Shown here: one piece after another, positions 51,966 through 64,000 of the stretch
Numbering within the stretch: the first letter of the stretch is position 1
Layout of the letters: every line of letters starts with the position of its first letter
Assembly: GCF_009914755.1 (NCBI RefSeq)
Contig: NC_060938.1
Source: the human T2T-CHM13v2.0 reference genome, Homo sapiens
Direction: 5' to 3' (one strand)
DNA length: 64,000 nt
The notes under the pieces: model-generated
Told to the model about the DNA's origin: nothing
Seen by the model: only the letters and a program-made list of their open reading frames with translations
Database searches by the model: none
Program-made: the position numbers and the translations under genes

Positions 51966-53896
51966 TGTGGTAGAATTTTATTCCTTGTTGCTATGATTAA
52001 AGTAACGTTTCCCCCAGCATTTTATTTTAAAAACTTAAATCTATAGAATAGTTGAAAGTGTGATAAAATGAACATCTGTACACCCTTTACCTATACAGTT
52101 GTCCATTGGTGTACGTGGAGAATTGGCCAATCCTTGCATACTCGACTCTCACAGTTGGCCCTGTAAAACCAAAGAATATGAAAAGTCAGCCCTCTATATA
52201 TATGGATTTCTTATCTCATGAATACTGTTCTTGATCCACATTTGGTTGAAAAAACCAAATTTGTATGATTGGCCTCTTGCAGTTCAAACCTATGTTTTTA
52301 TTTAGTTATTTATTCAAGGGTCATTCATATTTATTGATTGATAATATTTTGGCACATTTATAAAAATCTGTCTTTATATCTGCTATATATTATATATCCT
52401 TTAAAAACCATTTGAAAGTTACAGACATCTTTACCTCAGAAGCATCAGCAGTATCTCCACAGAACAAGTTGCTTTCTTACATAACCAGAATACCATTATC
52501 ACACCCCCCCAGATTTAACATTGGCGTGTTAATAATATAGAATATAGAGACCATATTTAGATTTCCTTAATTGTTTCAAAAGCATCCTTTACAGTTTTTT
52601 TTTAAATCAAGATATAGCCAAGGATCATACATTGCTTTGCGTTATTATATGAACTGATATTTTTAATCTTTAAAAGAAAATACATTTCAGGAAATTTTAT
52701 TGCTTGTTTAATCAACCTTACTTGTGTTAAAAAGAATTTATAATCTATTATAGCAATATGAAATTATACAAAGCCAAAATTTACTCTGTATTACCAGCTG
52801 TTTAAAACTATAGTTACTTCTGATCCTATAGATCACAAGGACATCATTTTATATACATGAAACATTTAAACATCATTTGATGTATAAAGTTATATACTGT
52901 ATTTTATTTTTGTAGAGATTGTTGTGGTATAATGTGATTAGTGTGCCAAAGATTTGATCTGTAGTTTTGATCTGTGCTTTATTAGCTCATTGGGAATATA
53001 TGCAGTACAGATGTGGTCAGGGTTATGGTTTTTTCTATGCCAATTACTTTGGTTTGCTTTCTGCCTATATATATTGTATATATTTTCATGAGGGTGATTG
53101 GATGAGAAAATGTGGGAAAACCAGTGTAAAGAGCTTGGATTTTGGGGTTGGTAAAAGTTGAATTTGAATTCCAAGCTCCACTACTTTAGTTTTATGTCTA
53201 TAATAAAGATAGAATACTTAGTTTAAATGACCATGGCTTTGCTGAAATCTGCTTCCTAAATATGTAGTAGGGCAAGCACTACTCGCAGCCTGCAACTTAT
53301 CATTCTTTATCTTCAGAAGTGTCATGGCTTTTCTTGGCCTTTTAATCTCTCACATATATTTTAAAGTTAGTTCTTAAGTTCCATAAAAAATATTGTTGAG
53401 ATTTCAGTGGGAATTAAACCAATTTTGACTGGTTTCATTTAAGAAGGATTGACATCTTTATGGTACTGTGTTCTCTTTGCCAAAGTTTTGTGGAAGATTA
53501 AGTGAGATGATATATGGACAGAGCTTAATCTAGTGCCTAGAACTTGGTAAATAAACACTCAGTTACTAATAGTTTATCATTTTTATTATCCATTACCAAT
53601 ACTAGAAGAATACCTTCAGATCCTTTCATCATGATGAGTTATATATATAAAATATAGTGTTATATTTGAAAATAACACTTATATGCTATATGTTTATGCA
53701 GTCAAGAAGAAAAAAAGACATAGTGTACTTCTTTCATTTTAAAATGAAGACTAAGAGTACATTAATTATTAAGCAATGCTATAGAAATTCTAATATGCTT
53801 CATGGTTTTAAATTGCATCTTAATTTGCAACCCATAATACAGAATAAAGGGTAATCACCTTATATAAAGACTTTAGAATGAAGAAAAAGTCAAATT

Positions 53897-53940
53897 TTAT
53901 ATATATTATATATATATTTATATATATATATTTATATATA

Positions 53941-53973
<33 letters not shown>
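53897..53973. repeat. (TA)n microsatellite abutting an Alu poly-T
   Basis: Interrupted TA dinucleotide run of about 75 bp. Confidence 0.92.
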
Positions 53974-53990
<17 letters not shown>

Positions 53991-54268
53991 TTTTTTTTGA
54001 GATGGAGTTTTGCTCATGTCGCCCAGGCTGGAGTGCAGTGGCGTGATCTTGGCTCACTGCAACAGGTTCAAATGATTCTCCTGCCTCAGCCTCCTAAGTA
54101 GCTGGGATTACAGGCGCCCGCCACCACGCCCAGCTAATTTTTGCATTTTTAGTAGAAACGGGGTTTCACCATGTTGGCCAGGCTGGTCTCGAACTCCTGA
54201 CCTCGTGATCTGCCCATCTCAGCCTCCCAAAGTGCTGGAATTACAGGCATGAGCCACCGCACCTGGCC
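53974..54268 (-). mobile_element. AluS
   Basis: Antisense Alu with a small internal deletion. Confidence 0.9.
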
Positions 54269-55014
54269 CAAATAATATATTTTTAAAATGGTCAGAGGAC
54301 AGACAGTTCATATACATAGAAGAAATACAGATCACCCATGTACATATAAAAAGATGAAGATGATCAACCTCATAGATAATAAGAAAAAAAGTTATTGAAA
54401 TTGCATTTTTACTGATCAGATCGGCAAAACTCTAAAAGTTTGATAAATCTGGGGGAAATTGTCATTTTCCTACCTTCTGGTGGTAGTATAATATAGTAAA
54501 ATCTTGTAGTAGGAAATCTGGCAATATCTATTCAAATTAAAAACATAATTAGTCCTTTAATAGAGCAGTCCCACTTCTGGGAACTTATTCCATAGATATA
54601 TCCATATATCATACATATGAAATGACTGAAGTCAAGATTATTTGATAACTCTGAGGAAGGGCTCTAGGTAGAAAGGACAAGAGTAGGAGAGAGACTTAAT
54701 TTTCACTATCCTTTTGTACCTTTTGAATTTTGAACCATTTGAATGATTACCTATTCAACAAATTAATATTAAATTGTTACATTTTTCCTTCTCCAGTACT
54801 TTCCATCTCCCTGCTGTCTTCATCTTTCCCTAACTCCCAATTCTTCTTATCCTTCCATTACTTTTTATATACTCAGTTTGTGTGTGTGTGCAAAAAGGCT
54901 GATTTTTTGGTATGTTGTCAATCACTTAAAATGCTTCCTTTCTGTTCTATGCCTTTCCTTCATGTCTGTAACTGGGTTTGATCATCAGCTTTATCTATTT
55001 AATCTTTCAGTCTT

Positions 55015-55805
55015 CTTTATTTTTAAAATTTCAGCTTTTATTTAGGTATAGGGGGTACATGTGTGGGATTGTTATATGGATATACTGGACCCAGGTAGTA
55101 AGTGTAGTACCCAAAAGTAGTTTTTCAACTCATTCCCCTTTCTTCCCTCCTGCCCCCTGCCATCATAGTCCACAGTGTCTGTTTTTCTCATGTTTATGTC
55201 TATGTGTGCTCAATGTTTAGCTCTCACTTATAAATGAGAACATGTGGTATTTGTTTTTTTCTTCCTCTGTTTGTTTGTTCAGAATTATGGCCTCCAGCTC
55301 CATCCATGTTGCTGCAAACGACGTGATTTTTGTTCTTTTTTATGGCTGTGTAGTATTCCATGGTTTATGTGTACCACATTTTCTTTATTCAGTCCACCAT
55401 TGATGGGCACCTAGGTTGACTCCATGTCTTTGCTGTTGTGAATAGTGTGGCAATGAACATATGAGTGCATGTGTCTTTTTGGTATAATGATCCTTAGGGT
55501 ATATACCCAGTAATGGTCTCAAAAGAAGACGTACAAGCAGTCAACAAACATGAAAAAATGCTCATCATCACTAATCATCAGAAAAATGCAAATTAAAACC
55601 ACAGTGAGATACCATTTCAGTCAGAATGGCTATTATTAAAAAGTAAAAAAAAGATTGCCATAAATATATACACTTGCTATGTACCCACAAAAATTAAAAA
55701 TAAAAATTTTAAAAACAAACAACTACAAAATACAAACCCACAGATGCTAGTGAGGCTGCAGAGTAAACAGAACACTTATACACTGTTGGTAGGAATGTAA
55801 ATTAC
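55015..55805 (-). mobile_element. 5'-inverted L1PB-like insertion
   Basis: Antisense L1 3' end 55015-55516 is joined to a sense ORF2-end segment 55517-55805; TSD-like cttct(t/c)tatttt..aaaa. Confidence 0.82.
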
Positions 55806-56053
55806 TTCTTCTCTATTTTAAAAGAGGGTGCCTTAGAATTCTGTGGGGACCACTTCAGAGGCAGAGTTATTTCAATTGCCTGAGACTTGCTGCAGGCCAA
55901 TCGTAGACTAACAGGTAGAGGTTCAAGAGGTAGGGTACTTAACCCCGCCATCAATTTAAATTATATATAGTCTATGAATGAGTTCATATTATTTTCAAAT
56001 TACTTTTATTTGGGTGATTATAAACACAGTTTATCTTGTTTTATTTATTTTAG

Positions 56054-56242
<189 letters not shown>

Positions 56243-56369
56243 TAATTTTAGCAACTATTAAATTTCATGATTTGTATATGTACTTGTTGCTTACTAGGTT
56301 TTAGTAAATCATTTTTTCTCACAAGGAAATTTAGGAATTGATTGCGACTTCTTAAAAGTCTATAATTGA

Positions 56370-56697
<328 letters not shown>

Positions 56698-56894
56698 TTA
56701 AGTATATGGTGGTATTAACAATGATGTCTTCTCAAGGTATTTTTTAACGCTTCACTAAATTTAGGAATTATCACATTAATGGCTACCACCATTGTCATTA
56801 TTATTATTAATTATAATTGCCATTATTTGTGTGCTAAAATGGTAAGGGATATCTGAAGCAATGTATCATGCCATCCTATGGAGTTCTTTACTGA

Positions 56895-57158
<264 letters not shown>

Positions 57159-57633
57159 TAAATGAGAACATACTCACTAGTAACTGTACATTTCAACTTA
57201 TGTTTGACTTATGTGATCCATTGAAAACATAGAAATATTATACAAAGCTTTATAAACCACAGACTACCTTATACTTTGAAAGAAAGAACTTTCATAAGTG
57301 TTGAGTTTTGAAAAATTATCAAATTATACCTTCACCTTTTTTCTTAAAAGGTTTGAAACAGCTAGAAATAAAGGTATCTATTATATTGTTAATAAAATAG
57401 AAAACAATTTCTCCCTATTGTGGATCATTATTTACTATGATCAGTTAACTTTTATATTATTTTATATCTCTCTGTATGGAAGAGCTTTCAAGATGGCCTA
57501 TGATTAAAGCATGAAAACAACTTTTAAAAATCTTGTTAATTATAGTAGTGCAGATTTAAAAAAATATTTTGCTAAAGGAGACATAGTCTTCGAGTCTGTT
57601 TTTTATATCAAAATGAATACAGGCCTTCAGTGA

Positions 57634-57942
<309 letters not shown>

Positions 57943-58271
57943 TGATTTTACTTGTTAGATTATGCTAATTCCCTAAGTAATACTTTTCTATTTAAAGTGT
58001 TTTTACTTAACTTTCAAGATTTAACATGGTATAGTAGAAAGAATGGGGGACTCAATGCAATTTAGTTAACTTTTCTGGGTCTTAACTTCAGAAAGTAAAA
58101 TCTTCCTCATAATCCCACCCTCCAGAAATAATATCACTATTAATGGTTTGGGGTAGGCCTTTCCAGTCTTTTTTGTCTATGCATATATAGACACATAAAT
58201 ACATACGTATGTGGATGTATGTTTACCTTTAAAAATAGGATCTTACTATGCATATTGTTTTGAAACCTGAA

Positions 58272-58570
58272 TTTTTTTTTTTTTTTTTTTGAGACAGGTT
58301 CTCACTGTCATGCAAGCTAGAGTGAGGTGGCATGATCATGGTTCACTGCAGCCTCAACTTCCTGGGCTCAAGTGATACTCCCACCTCAGCCTTCTGAGTA
58401 ACTGGGACTACAGGCATGTGCCACCACGCCCGGCTAACTTTTATATTTTTTGTAGAGATGAAGTTTCACCATTTTGCCCAGGTTGGTCTCAGACTTCTGA
58501 GCTCAAGTGATCCACCCGTCTTGGCCTCCCAAAGGGCTGGGATTATAGGCCTGAACCACCTCACCCAGCC
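58272..58570 (-). mobile_element. AluJ
   Basis: Antisense Alu with TSD tgaaacctgaatttttttt. Confidence 0.9.
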
Positions 58571-59206
58571 TGAAACCTGAATTTTTTTTTTTACCAAATA
58601 ATATATTGTGGATATCTTTTAATATAACTCCATATTTTTCTTATTTTTCTTTTCTGGCTGTGTAGTCTGTTTAATCCCTTAATAGAGGGCATTTAGATTG
58701 TTTTCAATGCTTTCAGTCTATACACAACTCTCTAATTACCATCCTTTCATGTATATATGTCTTTGTGCACTTATCTGGTCTCTTCCTTAGAATACATGCC
58801 TAAAAGCGAAATTGCTGAGTCTACTTTAAAGATGCATCACCAACATGCTTTCTAGAAAGGATTTTTTTTTCTTTGCTCTAAGTTCTAGAAAGGATTTTTA
58901 GCTCTTAATCAGTTTTAATTATATCAACAGTATATGAGAATACCCGTTTCTCAATTTCATAACTACAATTGATATTTATAGTTTTTAATTTCTAACAAAC
59001 TGGTAGGTTAAACAAAATTCTCATCTTTGTTATAAATTGTACTTCAAAAAAACTGGTAAGATTGAGTAGTTTGTGAATTACTTGTTTATAAACTTTGCCA
59101 GTATTTCCATTGCAGTATAATTTTGAATCTAATATGCTATGGCTTTATGGTCAGATTATTTACTAAGTTTGTGTTTCTTTTTTTTTTCTAAACTTTTATA
59201 TTTTAA

Positions 59207-59302
<96 letters not shown>

Positions 59303-61193
59303 TGACTCCAACACTGAATTCTGACAGGAAGAATATCTGTATGAATTGGTTGCCACTGATCAGGTTTTTTCTCAATTTTTTGAGTTATAGACACAAAATT
59401 TAGTAAAATAACCATGAAATAATTTAGAGTTTCTTGCACATTTCATTATGTAATCTTATAATTATGAGAATGAAAAAAAGTTATTATTAACCCTCGTGGC
59501 TCTAGTAGTAAAAAAATATACATTTAATGTAATTAGGTAATGAAATCTAGCTGATTGCAAATTGTTACCTCTGTATGTTGTCTTTACAATATTTAAGCAG
59601 GATCTTACCTGTTTAAACCAACTCTCTTGTAATACATTTGTTATTTTTCCCTAACCATGATTATAATTCTTTGTGCTAATAAATATTTAAACTTAATGGC
59701 TTAAAAAGAAAAATGAGGTCCAGGGATGTTAACCCTTTCTAGTTTTTATCTAGCTCTGTAGAAGCAAAAGTTGGTATTTAAAAATATCACATTATATATA
59801 AATATATAGAAGTGATAGTAAGAATTTTCTTTTGAAAAAACCGTTAAGGAATAGAAATCTTTACTTTTTATATATTTTTAAACAACCTAAGCAAGGAAAG
59901 GTAATTGTACTCAACTATCATCTATGTTTATTCACATCTTTTTAAAGCATTGTTGCTGTTTTTTTAAGTTATTTCACATAGGCCTATGAAAATACTTCAT
60001 TAAGAAGTTTTTTGATAAGATTTTAATGAAACAATTTTTAAACAGTAATTATTTATTGCAAGTAATTGGTTGAGCTAATTGTGAAGAGAGCATAGCAATC
60101 ACTTTTATGAAATAATATGGGAAGAAGGCATAAATGAGATATCTTTATTTTCAGAGAAGCATTACTAACATTCGGCCTATTAGTGTACAATTATAGCATT
60201 TTTCTCCTCTCTTTGAACTTTTTCAAGTGGCAAAGCATGTTTAAATTTATTTAAAGTAAATAGCTAAACCAAACCAAGACTAAATTATAACTTGTTTCTC
60301 TTTTTCTACATTTGAAACTAAATTCTAATGTTGATATTTTTACTATGCCTAAATCACATATGCTACAAATTCATAATAAAGTCAAATACAATAGTACAAT
60401 CTGGAAAAACCCCAAATAACTTGAAATCATGTACCAGTGGGCATTTTATCTATACATAGCTAGGGGATAGGGACTTATAATCTGGAGTTAATAAACTTTA
60501 TTTCATGAAAAATAAATACAAATACTTTCAATGAATTTAAAGTCATGTTAATATCTGTATTTACAAGATAATCTACTTTGTTGGACTCTGAGGCCCACAC
60601 TGTTCCTCATTGTTGGGATGGGCCTATTTTGAGGCATGAGGAAGCCTATACAGGGTGCTCCAGTGAGGGTCTTCAATACCAATGCCCTCGCCAAGTAAGC
60701 CAGATGTCAGCCCAAAGGCAAAGGGACATTGAGGTCTATAGCTGCCATACCATACTTCTGCAGTTTTTCATTTTTGCTTGTGGTCCAAGTTGCAGCATTA
60801 CAGTGCTTTGCCCCCATTGCCACACTGTGGCATTACTTTACTGCAGAAATATGAGGAGGAGGCTGTGACCCAAAAACAATGATATCATATAAAACATTTA
60901 TGATTCATAGTAGCTCAACTGTGTGGGACAGACGGTTTGATTTTTATGTTTTTATAATCTCCAGTTTATGTTGTACCAAATTATACTGTGGTTTATATTT
61001 GAGGCAAAGATAGAGGGCTTTTATTATAGACAAATGGAAATGAGAACTAGATGAAAATAAAGAGTTCATCTCCTTTCCAAAAATGCTAATATCATCATCT
61101 CATGACTGATAAGTTTTTATTAATCTTAAATTGAGAAAAATGCAATTGTTCGAAATAATTTATTTTTATTAATTGTCTTTATGTTTCTTTTAG

Positions 61194-61397
<204 letters not shown>

Positions 61398-61559
61398 TAG
61401 TTAAAGCATGCTAGTATTTTGGTTTTTTCAAGGGTCAGTGTTACAGCAACTTTAACTTGGAATCATGGAACTGTAGAGTTTTATAACAGAAAGGAATTTA
61501 GACCATCTGTTCCAACCACCTTGTTCTACTGCTAAAAAAGCTGAAGCTTTGTGAGGATT

Positions 61560-62460
61560 CATTATGCAATTATTTATTAAGTATCCATTATATGCCAGAC
61601 ACAACCTTGGAAAAGATACAAAGATAAGTAAGACATGACCCCTACCTTTAAGCAGCTTACAGTCATGTAGGAAGATAAGGGCTTACACAAGTAATTATTC
61701 AACAGTGCAATAACTAATCAAATAGCTGTATTTACAAGTACTATATGAACACACAGGAGAAAAGACTCTGCCTGAAGTTAGATGACACTTCATACACAAT
61801 ATTACATTGATGTCAGTCTTTAAAGATGGAGTAGGACTTTGCAGGCAGCAACGAAAGGGAAGGACATTTCAGAAGCAGAAATACCATTTGTTAAGGGATG
61901 ACAGCCAAGAAATATTAAAGCATATTTGGAAAGTATTGAAAATCTCTGTGTGGCTAGAACTTTAGATGAAGAATCAGATACATCTGGAGAAGGAGATTGA
62001 ACCAGATGATCATAAAGAACATTTTATTTAGGCCATGGTAAGGCTTGGGCACTGTGGAGCCCATGAAGGTTTTTGGACAAGGGAGTTGCCTTAGGAAGGA
62101 GTATGAAGCCATAAACAAATGAGGGAGACATGGGGGATCTGTCAGAACACCACTGGAGTAGTCCCAGCAAGAGAGAATGAGAACAAAGACAGTTACAGCA
62201 GAAATAGAGAGGAGAGAGATTTAAATTTAAGGGCATAGGATTGACAGTAATTGGTCATTGGTTGAGAGAGGTAAAGAAGCTTTTTTTTAAGGATAATCTT
62301 GAGGTTCCTACCTTAGGAGCTTGGATGGGTGATTATAGAGTTGTTGGCTTAGAAGTGCAGACAGAAGAGTGCCAGATTTTGTGGGGAAACTAATGAGTTT
62401 GATATACACATTATATTTAAGGTGCTTAAGGAAATTCCAGGTAGAAATATACAACATTGT
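61560..62460 (-). mobile_element. L2 fragment
   Basis: tatttattaagtatccattatatgccagac...gacatgacccctacct... is a typical antisense L2 3' end; boundaries approximate. Confidence 0.7.
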
Positions 62461-62869
62461 CATTCAGACTGGTTAATGATGGAGCTGGGACTAGGATTCT
62501 TGATCTATAGTGCTGTTTCTATCATATCTGGTTGTCTTCGCATGAACAAATGTCAACTGGCTTTAGATGAGCTGGAGATCTGAAGACTATATAGGGCCCA
62601 AGGAGATGGTTGGTTTTATTTTCTGTTTTTATTTTTAAAACTTTAAATGATTAGGAAAGGTAGGAGAAGATATAAAATTTAGTAATGGGAAAAAATGAAG
62701 GCTTAACATATTCCTTCTGAATTTAAAATAATTAAATTTTCTGCAACTTTAGTTAGCAATAGATCATTTCACTGGAAAAATCTTAGTTGTGATATCTGTG
62801 TTGCTAAATTCAAAAACATACTCTCATAGCTGCAGAAATTAAGATGATTAGTATCGAAACCAGTAAGCT

Positions 62870-62965
62870 GAGAGAGAGAAAGGAGGGAGAGGAGAGAGAG
62901 AAAGCGCATGTGCGGGTGGAAAGGAGAGAGAAAGAGGGAGAGGGAAGAAGGGAGAGAGAATGAGA
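62870..62965 (+). repeat. GA-rich low-complexity tract
   Basis: (GA)n/(GGA)n runs. Confidence 0.8.
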
Positions 62966-64000
62966 CAAGCAAATGGTACAAAAAGAGGTGGCAAATAGCA
63001 GAAGTGTCTGCATAAATTTATAAATTCCACTGACTAATCCTAGTTTTCTTTCTTTTTGGAAATCACTAATATCAATGTATTTATTCGTGCAATTGTATCA
63101 GACGTTTTTATCTTTTAGATGCTGGGAAATTTATCTTCATTCTTTCTTTCTCTTTTTTTTTTCTTCCTTTCATTTTTCCCCCCTCTCTCTAGAACTCTTA
63201 TTTCCAGATATTGACACTTCTACTTCTGTTTTTCTTATCCCTTAAATTTTCTGTCTTTCTTTTCTTCTCCATTCTGGGAGAACTCCCCAATCTGATCTGC
63301 TAACTATTAATTTGTTCTCTGCTATACTGTTTATCCCGTTTATTGTGTTTTTCATACTTGACATTCTTGTTTTTTGTTGTTTTTTTTTTTTGCTTTGCAT
63401 TTTAATATCTTTTCTTATCGCCTACTCTGTGTCTGTCTGTCTGATTAATATCATTCACTTTGTTGTCTGTTTTTTTTTTCTTTTTTAAACTTATTGACTC
63501 CTCAGGTATCTGGTTCTTTTGACCTGTGAGTTCTTATTTCACTGATGGGATCAACTATTCTGTCTGAGAATTTGGGTAAGGATAAAACCATGGTCTGTTT
63601 CAGAGAGTTAAAGAAGAGGGGAGGAGAGAGCCCTAGGGAGGAGAGCCTTAGGCAGCACAGAACCACCCTTGGTCACTGTCCCTGCTGTTTGCTGTTACTC
63701 CACTATATGGCTCTCCTGGTGATTATTGTGTCTTTAAGCCCTTAGGAAGACGTTGCTTTGGGAGGGTTTGTAATCCACTAGTCCTGGGGCTTGGAGGGGA
63801 AGAAGGTGAAGGAATGATGCCCACGGATGGGCTTCTGGACAGATTTCATCTATAGTTGTCACCATAGCTAGGCCTTCATGTTCCCTGATATTACTCTGGG
63901 GCGCCAGCATTTGCAGCTGGGGTTGTTAATAAGAAGACTTTTATGGTTGAGGGGCAAGCAGTAATCTCAAATTAATGGAGGAAGAAACAATGACTTTTCT

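Overview
Human (or very close primate) genomic DNA, not microbial. The whole window lies inside the + strand of KIAA0586 (TALPID3), the centriole distal-end/ciliogenesis gene linked to Joubert syndrome and short-rib thoracic dysplasia. I traced 23 consecutive GT-AG coding exons (1424..61325, 3650 nt, about 1216 codons). Their phases join into one open reading frame; the start and stop codons lie outside the window. A 24th, 123-nt in-frame cassette exon (10253..10375) derives from an antisense AluJ. The introns hold about 45 Alus, L1/L2/MIR fragments, MaLR LTRs, MER DNA transposons, an HSBP1 processed pseudogene and a Y1 RNA pseudogene split by an Alu. I see no wholly new biological system. The best leads are the Alu exon, Alu pairs that explain a recurrent deletion, an in-frame ATG 17 nt after the stop made by the common frameshift allele, a polypyrimidine-AG|GTAAGT recursive-splice-like site, and an unexplained ~1 kb island at 37.6-38.7 kb. 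Transcript numbering, variant names and repeat subfamilies are recalled from memory and were not looked up.
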